Assembly: GCA_965218095.1 (NCBI GenBank)
Contig: OZ244587.1
Coordinates: forward strand, 2,400,001 to 2,464,000
Reading direction: 5' to 3'
Length of the DNA stretch: 64,000 nucleotides
Source of the DNA: Candidatus Poribacteria bacterium
GTDB lineage: Bacteria; Poribacteria; WGA-4E; PCPOR2b
Of the stretch, positions 1 to 11,101 are shown piece after piece (position 1 is the first letter of the stretch; each line of letters begins with the position of its first letter). The notes beneath the pieces were generated by a model. That model made no database searches. It had not been told where the DNA came from and saw nothing but the letters and a program-made list of their open reading frames with translations. The translations under genes were made by a program, and so were the position numbers.

Positions 1-1230
1 GTTGAACTTCGATTTAATCTATCTATTAACGTGGAAATTCGCTACTGGTTCCCAAGACGTGGGAGAAACGAAATAGATTGTCAAATCAACCCTTTCGGAA
101 TTAAGCGTCTACAAACGTCTGACTCAGAAAAATGGTTTCGACCACTTATTGATAAGGAAGGTACGTTTTGGGGGCAGATCAATCCCCTGCAATTGCAAAC
201 GGCTGAAAGCAAGCCAGCGATCTATACCCTAGGTCATTCTGATATCTGGGTTTTCCGAAAGGATCCGGAACGTGACGACGGTTGGCTTTCTCAACGAAAT
301 ATGCAACTGTATGAGGACCACCTAATAGTCTTCCGCAAATGGCTTGCTAATCAGGTTATTGCTTGTGTGAAACAGACTTGTGAGCTAGAGAGTGAAACGC
401 CCAGTCCCATCTATGATGGTTGGTTCTACCTGCGGGGCAAACCTACCAAGCCCTTGCCTATTTCCAGTCCAGAACTTTGGCGGCTTTCTATTGATTCTGG
501 TCAACGGATTCGTTTCATTGGAGGATTATCGGTTCAAGATCAGCGCGGCCGCAGAGCCTATCTCAATATTTGCCTTCCTACTGTGTTCGTCCCTGATCTT
601 GGCCTTGCCAGTGAAGAGAGTTTGCGGATTAACGGGCAGATGCTTTCAGTTGGCGCAAATCGACTTGTTACATTGAAGAACACAATAGGACCTGGAGTTC
701 ATCAGATCTCCTATGGGACGCAAACTAGGGAATTACGAGTCATAACTCCAAAGCGTTCCTCGGAATACAACAACCAGACCTTAATCGCTACCTTATCCCA
801 AGATGTTCCGGGGATGCCGACCTATTCTGTAAGGAAAATTGCAGAGGTTACCGCGGAATCTGGAGTACGGCTTGCGGGTGCGAAGTTCCTTGGAATAGAT
901 ATTCCCGAAACTACATGGGACGATGTGCAAACCGAACCACAAGTTCAAGAAGACAGCAATGCATTGTTCAAAACACCTGCTGAACTCATTTCATCGGTTA
1001 TAAAAATAGCGATAGAACTCAAGCACGACAAGGCTTCGGTGCCAGAGTGGTTAGGTCAGGCAATCGAATACTTAGATCAGAATGTTGCCTTGCGATCCCT
1101 TGTTCAAAAGAGGTTGGGTCACTACCACGAAACGGCTTTGTCTTATGCAAATCTCCGCGAAGAGGGAGGTAGTCGTGGAAGCGAAAACATATCCAGAAGA
1201 AAAACGAAGAGATTTAATAAAACGGAGTAA
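1..1230 (+). CDS. Hypothetical protein, 5'-truncated by the window edge; first visible gene of the Druantia-like operon
   Basis: Frame is open from position 1 to TAA at 1228-1230. It overlaps the next gene and is co-oriented with the helicase operon. Confidence 0.7.
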   Translation, partial: VELRFNLSINVEIRYWFPRRGRNEIDCQINPFGIKRLQTSDSEKWFRPLIDKEGTFWGQINPLQLQTAESKPAIYTLGHSDIWVFRKDPERDDGWLSQRNMQLYEDHLIVFRKWLANQVIACVKQTCELESETPSPIYDGWFYLRGKPTKPLPISSPELWRLSIDSGQRIRFIGGLSVQDQRGRRAYLNICLPTVFVPDLGLASEESLRINGQMLSVGANRLVTLKNTIGPGVHQISYGTQTRELRVITPKRSSEYNNQTLIATLSQDVPGMPTYSVRKIAEVTAESGVRLAGAKFLGIDIPETTWDDVQTEPQVQEDSNALFKTPAELISSVIKIAIELKHDKASVPEWLGQAIEYLDQNVALRSLVQKRLGHYHETALSYANLREEGGSRGSENISRRKTKRFNKTE

Positions 1231-3091
1231 TGAGGACTTTATTGCGTTCTTGGAAGAGGTAACAAAGCATGAAGGAAAACAGTTTGTACAACAAGAACTA
1301 CTTCCAAGCAAAGTGAAGGGATTCCGACCTGGACACGCTCAGTTAACATTGACAGTCCCACGGTTGATTAACAATTTAAAGAGGGAACAAGAGCTTACCA
1401 ATTCCAACTCCGTCATTTGGAACAAATTCAAAAACGCTTGGAAAGCATGGGTTATCTCGCACCATGAACTGAACCGGATCTTACTTGAATCATTTGACAA
1501 TGAAGCAGATTTTGACGAAAATCACAAGTGCGTCGCACCACCAAATAGCGAACTCGATATCCAGTGTTTCAAAACCTTGCTGGAAGCAAGTCTCAAAAAT
1601 CAGATTGATCAGGAAACGATTCGACGCTTTTACGAGTATGGTTATTTTCTTCCTTCAGATGAAATTGAAGTCCTCATTGAAAAAGCACTTCCCCAAGCAG
1701 AGATTGAGCGACAGTGGCGACTAGCGGCACTTCCTGATCAAGTCAACCAACTATCTGAAGCCATCAATTTGCTAAAATCGCGACTTGATGAGACAGTGCA
1801 GAAACTCGATCAACAAATTGCAGAAGCGATCAAATCTTTCGAGTCGCAACTTTCCGAAACAAAGTCAAGCTTTAACAAAAGGATTGGTCAATTGATTAAT
1901 TCACGGCTTTCCAAGGTAGAGGAATCGGTTAAATCTCTTGAAACTCAACTTTCGACTGCTGAATTTATCAATAACATGGAGCAGGAAATCACACGGCTCG
2001 ACCAACGCCTCCAAAAAAATATCGAATCTTTTGAAGGCCAGCTTGATAGAATTGACAGAGCAATTACTGAAATCAAAACAGAACGAAACGAACAATATCA
2101 AATGACTGATGCGCCACGAATCGCCTATCAAGCAGTACAGATTGGTGAGCGTTATACCGCCAACTTCGGCGAGGAAAAAGAGCATTACAACGATGAAAAT
2201 GATGATTACCTAGAGTTTTTTAGGTTTTGCCTACGAAAATTTGGCGTAACAAATTCTAGTGAAACAGCAAATGCTATTCATGTCGCTCTGAAAAGTTTTC
2301 CTGTACTTGAGGTTGCCGACACACGAATAATAAGGGTGTGGCGATTGATGTGTGGTGACCACTTGCACGTTACGCAAATTGATGTAGAAATGGGATGGCT
2401 CGGTTTACAAGATTGGTTTCCGAAACTTTTTTCTCAAGAGTGTTTTGGAGAGCAATTGAGGCGAATGGATCTTGACAGTTCAATCAAGAAAATGCTTGAA
2501 AGGGGCAATATGCCGTGGGCAATCCACTTTAGCAATTGCGATCGGTCATTCCCAGATAGTTATTTGCCACGATTTATCGACTGGATTGGTGATTTTTCTG
2601 AGGGTGCCATTAGAGTGTTTCTAACCCGTTGTTCAGGAATGAATCGCTGTGAGACGAATCCGGATGTTTATGCTCGAGTGGCGTACTTACCTAAACCTCA
2701 GGAACCGGAGCCGATTGAAGCACGAAACTTGAGACCGTCAGATGTCATCACGCGGTCTGAATGGGAATCTTGGTGTAGTTTGAATCCCGATACCAAACCG
2801 TTGTCCAAAAGATATCTTGAATTTTTGAATCGACTCCAATCGGAAACCGAAAACGTAGGTGTGCAAATTCCAAAAGAACTTCTTCAGGAGATTCAACATT
2901 ATCTTCGGCTTTCACATGGTATTTTAGCAGCATCCAAATCTCTTGATTGGGCGTTGACTTTACGTTTTTTGCCGTGGATTGGGAACCGCCGTGAATTGAT
3001 TGATACAGTGCAAAATCTGATTAATCAGGAAGATAGTGAATTACCGCATTTCCGAGATGGACTAGTACAGGCGAGCGAGGAAGATGAATGA
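1175..3091 (+). CDS. Coiled-coil protein with a degenerate McrB/AAA-like C-terminal region; putative Druantia accessory protein
   Basis: GGAGG at 1165-1169 precedes GTG at 1175 (~638 aa). There is a long heptad-rich central region. The C-terminal QIDVEMGWLGLQDWF...HFSNCDRSFPDSYL resembles a degenerate McrB-type fold. ATGA overlap with the next gene. Confidence 0.6.
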   Translation: MEAKTYPEEKRRDLIKRSNEDFIAFLEEVTKHEGKQFVQQELLPSKVKGFRPGHAQLTLTVPRLINNLKREQELTNSNSVIWNKFKNAWKAWVISHHELNRILLESFDNEADFDENHKCVAPPNSELDIQCFKTLLEASLKNQIDQETIRRFYEYGYFLPSDEIEVLIEKALPQAEIERQWRLAALPDQVNQLSEAINLLKSRLDETVQKLDQQIAEAIKSFESQLSETKSSFNKRIGQLINSRLSKVEESVKSLETQLSTAEFINNMEQEITRLDQRLQKNIESFEGQLDRIDRAITEIKTERNEQYQMTDAPRIAYQAVQIGERYTANFGEEKEHYNDENDDYLEFFRFCLRKFGVTNSSETANAIHVALKSFPVLEVADTRIIRVWRLMCGDHLHVTQIDVEMGWLGLQDWFPKLFSQECFGEQLRRMDLDSSIKKMLERGNMPWAIHFSNCDRSFPDSYLPRFIDWIGDFSEGAIRVFLTRCSGMNRCETNPDVYARVAYLPKPQEPEPIEARNLRPSDVITRSEWESWCSLNPDTKPLSKRYLEFLNRLQSETENVGVQIPKELLQEIQHYLRLSHGILAASKSLDWALTLRFLPWIGNRRELIDTVQNLINQEDSELPHFRDGLVQASEEDE

Positions 3092-3984
3092 ACCAAATGG
3101 AAACAAATGTCTTTGATAGACTCCTTTATTACTTATCGCATACAGGTGAACTAGGCTGGGAAAAATTTAAGGATGCAGTCAAAAATCTTACAAGAGGAGA
3201 ACCCAACCTGAAATATTCCACTTACCTGACATCACTAGCACGACTGGGTCACCTCGATTACAATCCTATGAATTTAGACAGAGTTGTAATTGCACCTTCT
3301 GTTTTGGTTGAGACAGCGGTGGAAAATCGATATGTTCTTGTCGGAAGTCGTTCCCCCGACTTTCTTAAGGAAATCAAAAGGTGTGTTTCCGCAACGAAAG
3401 GAAAATTGGGTTTGATTCCAGAACAATACGCTCCGACGGCCATCGTGTTGAGCGAATTGACGGAAGTTTCTTTCATCGAGATCGAAAATTTGGGCATTCA
3501 CATTAGTCGAACATTTTCTGCCAAGTTGTCAAGCGTATTGCCGACTCCAAAACGCACCAATTTCCCACAAATCGGAACACCGCTTTCCGATTCGCCGAAC
3601 AAGTTCAATATCAATACCTTGAAATATGAGAAGGGCAACTATTTTCTAGATGGTGATGGGTTTTACGAAATCCCTCAATATGGTCCCAATGTCTACATCT
3701 TAAAATTTGGTTCCGACCAACGAAGAATCCCACGTGACTGGGGAGAATGGCTTATTCTCTCTACTTTCGGTCGAACGACTGAACTGATTTCTTACGAAAA
3801 GAAATCTCAAATATGGCGTGTCAAAAGCAGGTTGCCTGTGCCGCTAATTGTCGATCGGTGCGCGACACTCTGTTCAGGGTTTCCACCAAAGCTGATAGAC
3901 GGTTTTTTTTGTTACTTCAACGTGCCCGCCGGTATCGCATATCAATTGACTAAATTACTCTATCAAGATTGGGAGGTTGTTTGA
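3088..3984 (+). CDS. Hypothetical protein (298 aa); putative Druantia accessory protein (DruD-sized)
   Basis: Translationally coupled on both sides (ATGA at 3088, TGATG at 3982-3986) and immediately upstream of the helicase. Confidence 0.6.
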   Translation: MNQMETNVFDRLLYYLSHTGELGWEKFKDAVKNLTRGEPNLKYSTYLTSLARLGHLDYNPMNLDRVVIAPSVLVETAVENRYVLVGSRSPDFLKEIKRCVSATKGKLGLIPEQYAPTAIVLSELTEVSFIEIENLGIHISRTFSAKLSSVLPTPKRTNFPQIGTPLSDSPNKFNINTLKYEKGNYFLDGDGFYEIPQYGPNVYILKFGSDQRRIPRDWGEWLILSTFGRTTELISYEKKSQIWRVKSRLPVPLIVDRCATLCSGFPPKLIDGFFCYFNVPAGIAYQLTKLLYQDWEVV

Positions 3985-6900
3985 TGTCAGATCCATTTGA
4001 AATTTATGAACTGCTTTGTGATTCTTACATTCGCTACATCCAGACAGTTTTGGGTTTTAATAGTGATGAACTTGAGGAAGAACGGGACAAACTACTGCGG
4101 GAAAACGGGCTGCTTTTCCAAGTTCCACGTTTTGAACCAATTTTTCCTTATCTCTCCTCTGGGAAAACTTTGTCGCAGTTGTGCAATCATCTTCAACTGC
4201 CTTATGAACTTGGTGATTTTCTCGCGCAAGGTGGTGATGATGGACTTGCGCCGAAGGACCGCCAGCTTTATGACCATCAAGCGAAGGTAATTAAAGCATC
4301 GGTTATTGATGGTGAGGATGTTGTTGTCACGACTGGCACAGGTTCTGGGAAGACGGAGTGCTTTTTAGTACCGATTTTCAGGCACCTGATTAAAGAATCG
4401 CTAGACTGGAACGCCTTTGGAACTCGAAACCAAGACCATCCGTGGTGGAGGAAAGGCGAGCGCATTACCGGACAACGTGTGCCACAGCGTCAAGGCGAAA
4501 AACGTCCTGCTGCTCTTCGTGCGCTAATTTTGTATCCACTCAATGCGCTTGTTGAAGATCAACTGATGCGACTACGCCGAGCTTGCGATAGCCCGGAAGC
4601 ACGGAGATGGCTACATGAAAATCGGGGCAACAATCGATTTTACTTTGGTCGCTACACCGGCTTAACACCGATCCCAGGTCAAAAAAACCCGGAAAACCTC
4701 CGAAGACTTCGAGAACGACTAGAGAGGTTACGCAAGCAAGCTGAGAAAGTTAGTGATGCCGAGCGGAATCGTTATTTCTTTCCTTCAATGGATGTTGACA
4801 CGGCTGAGATGTGGTCTCGGTGGGAGATGCAGGAATACCCGCCGGACATCCTAATCACTAACTATTCAATGCTAAATATTATGCTCATCCGTGACTTAGA
4901 ACAGCCGATTTTTGAAAAAACTAGAGCATGGCTAGAAAGAGAGGACAATATTTTCCATCTTGTTGTCGATGAGCTGCACTCGTACCGGGGAACAGCAGGA
5001 TCGGAGGTTGCGTATCTGCTTCGGACGCTGTTTAATCGACTAGGACTTACCCCTGATTCGCCGCAATTGCGGATCATTGCGTCAAGTGCTTCACTTGAAG
5101 GTGATGAGGGACGCGACTACCTCCGTCAGTTTTTTGCGCGCGGGAAAGACTTCAAAGTAATTGGTTCGCAACCGTTCTGTGACCAGAGCACCGAACTTCA
5201 GGAATGTCTCAAACACGCTGCACAGTTTGAAGCATTTGATCAGGATACAGATTCTACTCAATTGGATAAAATTCCAAAGGAACGTATCAAATCTGCTGTA
5301 GCACAACTTTGTAATCATGACGGAAAATTACGCGCTTCAACGATCGAAGAAATGGTCAAAGTTGCAAACCAGGTAAGTCCAACACCTCTTTCTGAGGGCA
5401 CTATCCGTGGTCTCATTCGCTACACGATTCAACAGAAGGATACGAAAACAAATCAAGCCCTATTACCGCTTCGTGTGCATTACTTCTTCAAAAATTTTGA
5501 GGGATTGTGGGCGTGTAGCAATCCGAATTGTCGGGGCGGCAACAATAATACTCCCATCGGTAAACTGTTCGCGAATCGACGTGTTTTATGTGATGAATGC
5601 GGTTCACGAGTGCTAGAATTACTAACTTGTGAAACGTGCGGCGATCTTCTTTTCGGCGGCTATAAACAACCAATCTCAAGAATCTCTCAGGGTTGGCATC
5701 TTAGCGGTGACTATCAAGAGTTGGATAGATTGCCCGAAAAGGGAATCAGAGATCGAAACTATGAAACCTACGCCATCTTTTGGCAGAGGAGCGACCAAAT
5801 ACCTGAACGACAGAGTTGGACGAAAAACCGGATTAGAAGACGATGGACACCCGCACGATTTTCGCCAGCCGATGGAACGCTTATTCCGGATTCATCTGCG
5901 TACAATAACTATTTTTACAAAATTGACGTTCCTGATGAGTCGTGTTCAGAAATTCCCACCTATTGCCCCAATTGTAGCGATGGGTGGGATTTTTCCCGGG
6001 AAAAGGTTCTTGTTAATGGTAAAGAGCAGGTACACTCACCGCTTCGTCATATGGGAGTGGGCTTGCAAAAGGTGATCCAGATCCTCACCCAAACTTTGCA
6101 AGCGACTGTTGAAGTGCAATCTGAACGAAAAACCATGATCTTCTCGGATAGTCGACAGGATGCGGCAAAATATGCAGTTGGAATTCAGTGGTCACACTAT
6201 CAGGATATGATTCGACTCATCGCTATTAATGCGATGAAAAAACAAGCGGAGAACAAAGACTTAAAAATTCTTCGTGACTTCCAAAGCGGGAAAACTGATT
6301 TTCGTGTTGCCCGAAATGCAATTCGTCAACTCCGCGACAAATTTCCCGGGCAACAGCAATTGCTTGATTCGATTGAGGATGCTTTTTATGACGATGAATC
6401 TTTGACATCTGATCAGGAAAGTCAGCTTGCCACGCTCGAAAGCAATTACCGCTTCACTGCTCTCCAGAAGGATTGCTTTGATGGATTTATTAAGCTTGGT
6501 ATGAATCCTGGTGGCCACGGCGATAAGGTTGAAATCTCTTGGGAAAGGGGTGGAGATAATGGAGATATAAAGCATAGGTGGGAGGAGCTCTATCAATGGG
6601 GTAAGGATTCCGTAACGCTATGTGATTCACAATTGCTTGAACCTCATCAAGACGAACTTTTAGAACGTATTCGGTCTGAATTTAAAAAAGTGATTGCTGA
6701 AAGGATTCTGTTTGCGCGGAAAGATATGGGCCTAGAAGGGCTTGGACTCGCGTGGTGTGAACCTGATGTTGATCCGAGCAAATGGCCAATTGAAGGAGTA
6801 AATGCCTCTGAAATGATGTCTGTCGTTACCCGAATCCTCGGTGAACGGAGATACACCAAGATTTACCGTCGCTATGCCGAACAAACGAGCATGCCAAAGT

Positions 6901-7257
6901 TTCTCGAAGACTACTTGGAAAAATCGGCGGAACAGATCGGGTGTTCTGTGGAAGAAATTACTAGAGCAGTTGGGGAACAGGTGAACTTATCAGAGAGTTT
7001 CGATGGTTACCTCCTCCATATTGAATCCTTAAACCTTCGTCTATTTCAAGGCGACGTCATCTTTCGATGTTCCAAGTGCCGGCGTAAGCATCTTTACAAG
7101 GCAGGAGGGATTTGCACAAACACGAAGTGTCTCGGAGAACTAAAGGCAATCAATAGACATGAAGCCACATCAGAAAAATATGGCGGTTACTACGCCTATC
7201 AAGCTGATTCAGACCAATCGGGAATTCAGCCATACCGTTTCCATTGCGAAGAGTTAA

Positions 7258-8370
7258 CTGAGGGGTGTGCATAAATATAGTTGACATAATCAAGCCAAAA
7301 GGGTTTCCTATTGTTATCATAGCAAAAGGAGCCCCAATATGGTACAAAGACCAATGTTGGCTGATTATGTCACTCTTATTATGCAACTCTTTGAGCAGTT
7401 TATGCAACACCGTATTGACAAACCAGGTGTCACACACGCAAAACCATTGACATATTCAACCACCTCGTTTATCATTTTCTTCATGTTGATGCAGTTTCAC
7501 GGCATCTATGGCTTCAAAACGCAATGGCGGTGGCTAATCAATCACCCAGAAGTGTTACAAATGCTGGGGTGGCAACAGCCCCCTCATCGAACCACGATTG
7601 CACGTCGCTATAAGGCATTATATGAAGTGATAGAGGCATTTGTATTGTTTATCGGTCAGTATGCCACTGACTTGTCCCAACAATTCAACTTGGCTCATCT
7701 GGTAGCCGACAAAAGTTTATTTAAGGCACGAGGACCCGTCTGGCATCAAACTGACCGCAAAGCAGGAAAAGTACCTAAACATCTACGCAACCTCGACACC
7801 GATGCCACGTGGAGCAAGAGTGGTTATCATGGCTGGGTCTATGGCTACGGACTTCACATTATCTGCACACAAGGTGCGTTCCCAACACTGATAACTGTGC
7901 ACCGTGCGTCGGTCTCCGAAAGTTGGGCGATAGATGCTAAAGCGTCTGAGATTCTGACACAACTTTCACCGCAGACACTCACTGCCGATGATGCCTATAC
8001 CCAAGCAGACCGTATCCGTCGTTGGGCGAAAGCACAAGTCGCTTTGATTACCCCGGCACTTAGATGGACAAAGGGACGGTTTGCCAAGGCGTATCATCGA
8101 TTTATCAACCAACCCAAGCAGCGTCTCTGTTTAAGCAAACGTCGCAGTTCGGTTGAACCGTTGTTTGACTTGATTGCTAAAGTGATAGGCACCACTCCTC
8201 AACAGAAGCAGTTACCGGTCAAGGGGTTTTTCAATGTACGCTGTTGTTTAGCTATCGGGGTGTTATCAGTGCAAGTGGCTATGATTGCCAATGCCATATG
8301 GAAGTTACCTGCTCGCAATATCTCTCATATGGCGGCTGTTTTCCAATGAACTACTATGCACACCCCTCAG
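7258..8370 (+). mobile_element. Insertion sequence (DDE transposase, IS4-like superfamily, IS982-like motifs), 1113 bp
   Basis: Perfect 16-bp TIRs CTGAGGGGTGTGCATA / TATGCACACCCCTCAG. Duplicated target TTAA (7254-7257, 8371-8374). The exact end is ambiguous by a few bp because the target GTTAAC is palindromic. Confidence 0.93.
7339..8349 (+). CDS. DDE transposase
   Basis: AAAGGAG RBS. Motifs VADKS, DTDATWSKSGYHGWVYGYGLH, ADDAY and KRRSSVEPLF (DDE triad). Confidence 0.9.
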   Translation: MVQRPMLADYVTLIMQLFEQFMQHRIDKPGVTHAKPLTYSTTSFIIFFMLMQFHGIYGFKTQWRWLINHPEVLQMLGWQQPPHRTTIARRYKALYEVIEAFVLFIGQYATDLSQQFNLAHLVADKSLFKARGPVWHQTDRKAGKVPKHLRNLDTDATWSKSGYHGWVYGYGLHIICTQGAFPTLITVHRASVSESWAIDAKASEILTQLSPQTLTADDAYTQADRIRRWAKAQVALITPALRWTKGRFAKAYHRFINQPKQRLCLSKRRSSVEPLFDLIAKVIGTTPQQKQLPVKGFFNVRCCLAIGVLSVQVAMIANAIWKLPARNISHMAAVFQ

Positions 8371-10623
8371 TTAACTGCACAAACCGATTCCGAGGAACGT
8401 CCAAACCGTCAGCGGTGGTTCCAAGAAGTTATTCTTGATGGTGAAAATCGGCGAACGAATGAGATTGATCTTCTCAGTGTAACGACAACAATGGAAGCGG
8501 GTGTTGACATCGGTGCGCTGTCAATAGTTTTAATGGGAAATGTTCCGCCACAGCGTTTCAACTATCAACAGCGCGTAGGGCGCGCTGGAAGGCGAGGTGA
8601 GCCGCTCGCGTACGCTTTGACGCTCTGCCGCCTGCGAACGCATGATGATCACTATTTTACCCATACAGACGCGATCACAAACGCTGCGGTACCTCCACCA
8701 TATCTTGATATGCGAAGTCAGGACATTCTCATACGGGTTTTGGCTAAAGAGGTTTTATATAATGTTTTCTCACGGTTATCAAGAGCGGGGGCAGACAACG
8801 AGAAAAACGTCCATGGTGAATTTGGAAAGGTTTCTGATTGGACAGCGAATCGAGAAAGGGTTGTAGAATGGATGCGAAATAACAAAAAAAAGATTAAACA
8901 GATTGTGCGATTGCTTGCCACAGAGACTGAACTGAAAGACAATAAGGGGGAACTCATAAATTGGGTGCTGAACAATCTGGTTGATGAAATTGATCGCTGT
9001 GTTGAAGCGCATCCTTTTGAAGATGACGAGTTGAGCCAATCCCTTGCAGAATCAGGGATTTTGCCGATGTTCGGTTTTCCAACCGGTGTTCGTTTGTTGT
9101 ATCATCAACCACCACGGGGATCCCATTGGCCCCCGACATTAGGTGTTGTTGATCGGGACATTGAAATCGCCATTAGCCAATTCGCCCCCGGCTCAGAGAC
9201 TATCAAGGATAAAAAAGTCCACACCTCAATAGGTATCGTCTCCTATAAACCGGAGCAGGGGCGTTTGGTATCTGAAAGTGGGATCGCGCATGAACAACCG
9301 ATAGGGTTCTGTAGTAGTTGCAAAGCAGTTTTCGCTTCCTCCATTGAGGCGGAAAATAATTGTCGAATCTGTGGCTGTGAAACTTTCAATCTAATTCAAG
9401 GAATTGAACCGAAAGGATTTCTGACTAATTTCAGGCCGGACGATGCTCATGAATCGTTCAACTGGGCACCGAGAGCTACCTATTCGCGTCTGCCGTCAGA
9501 CTCGTCTGTGGATTTGCAAAAACAACTTAATTTCCGATGGGGGACAGAGGGCAAACTAAAACTGTTTTCAATTAATACTAACGACGATCGATTGTTTACC
9601 CTTCAACAACAGCGTGAGAGTGAAGCATTTGTATCGGCTGAAATCTCTCATGAATTGGCTATAAAAAACGATGAATACAGCTTCAACGAGGAAAACGATT
9701 TGATTGGGTCTCCACGGAAGGTCGCACTTTATGCTGCTAAGACGACCGATGTTCTGTTAATTGAGGTTGACGAGATTCCAGTCGGTATTATGCGTGATCA
9801 AAGTACTCAATACTGGCGAGCTGCGCTTTATTCCTTTGGTTTCCTATTCCGTCAGTTTGCAGCGCGTCAACTTGACATCTCACCAGACGAATTGCGCGTT
9901 GAAATTAGACCTATGGTGGAAAGTGAAACTCAGAAACAGCAAGTTTTTCTTGCTGATAACTTAGCCAATGGTGCGGGATACTGTCGCCATTTGGGTGAAC
10001 TTGATGCTACGAGAAAACCATTCCGACTAATTAAACTCCTACGTGATATGATTAATCCGGGAGAAGATTTTGCAAGGGAGTTGATTGCACATGGAAAAGA
10101 TTGCGATTCGTCCTGTTACAGCAAAGGTTGTATGCGTGACTACTCCAACATGCCCTATCATCCCTTCTTGGACTGGCGGTTAGGCCTAGATGTTGCGCGT
10201 CTCTGTCTTGAAAAAGATTATCAGATGGACCTCCAAAAAGATTACTGGGTTTCTCTTATCGATCGGGTGGAGAAAAATCTCGCGCAACTTCTCCCTAGCC
10301 TTGAACGCAACGATCGTGACAGCGTACCTGTTTTTGAAACTCAAGCACAGGGGAAAACATTCATTTTACATCACCCGCTTGCTGACTTTGATGGGTCCAA
10401 ATTCATCAATATCTTTGATGCTATCCGAAGGGTAAGTCTCGTTATGAATCAACTCAAAGGGAGTCAGTGATATGAAACTTTAGTTTGCGATGGCATACGG
10501 TTTTAGTTTATGTTAAGAGAATGCGCAAAATGGATTGGCGAGGTGTATTTCTATAGTCCCGAAGGGGCGACAAGATGAGGCCTCCACTTCTCATATACAC
10601 TTATTTTTCACAATACAAAAAAA

Positions 10624-10719
10624 ATGAAATCCTTCTGCCTGACAACCGAACAGAAAATCGAGAAGCCGCAGAACGAATTATTCGGCTTCTTTTCAGATGC
10701 GCACAACCTTGCAGCTTGA
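10624..10719 (+). pseudogene. N-terminal fragment of an SRPBCC-family protein
   Basis: Reads MKSFCLTTEQKIEKPQNELFGFFSDAHNLAA*, a typical SRPBCC start, then truncates next to an attC-like site. Confidence 0.5.
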
Positions 10720-10761
10720 AGTGCTTCAAATTCATCATGATTTGAGTCTCCTAAAATTATC

Positions 10762-10890
10762 TGATAACTAGCGATTCTGCCGTATAAGATGCCTAAAAGA
10801 TGCTCGCGCAACCCGCTGAACTTCAAACTGTTACAGAAGGAGCGGATTACGCGTGGCTGTAAGCTACCCCGTGCATCCAGCTTGTTAGAC
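10762..10890 (-). mobile_element. attC-like integron recombination site
   Basis: Minus strand reads GTCTAAC-AAGCTG-GATGCAC... ending in GTTATCA. The internal symmetry is weak. Confidence 0.45.
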
Positions 10891-11101
10891 ACTCTTTGGT
10901 CTTTCAATGCTTGCTTTGTTTCTCTCTAGATTATCACTCACGGAAACTGCGCCCCTCAATAGATGATGTCATGCCGGCTGTAGTCAAACGTGAACTTGAA
11001 TGGCTCTGGATCGCTCCAGGTTTTGCCGTTGTCAGTACTGGTCAGTACGATGTTTCGCTAATTCTCGAAGCAACCGCAGGAGGATTACTTGGCGCGTATG
11101 G

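Larger units (their letters stand above)
3984..10470 (+). pseudogene. DEAD/DEAH helicase with C-terminal DUF1998 (DruE-like, ~1789 aa when reconstructed), interrupted by an IS
   Basis: Motifs TTGTGSGKTECF, YPLNAL, VVDELHSY, SAS, TTTMEAGVDIG and QRVGRAGRR, CxxC clusters, and DUF1998-type NGAGY...CDSSCYSKGC...LDWRLG. Removing the IS plus one target copy rejoins ...HCEELTAQTDSEER... in frame (5370 nt). Confidence 0.85.

Noticed and set aside
1082-1174. Upstream start for the 669-aa ORF
   Set aside because: It overlaps deeply with the previous gene. GTG at 1175 has a GGAGG RBS and is more plausible.
3984-10470. DISARM drmA/drmB gene pair
   Set aside because: The two ORFs rejoin into one helicase after IS removal. 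No methyltransferase, PLD or SNF2 partner is visible.
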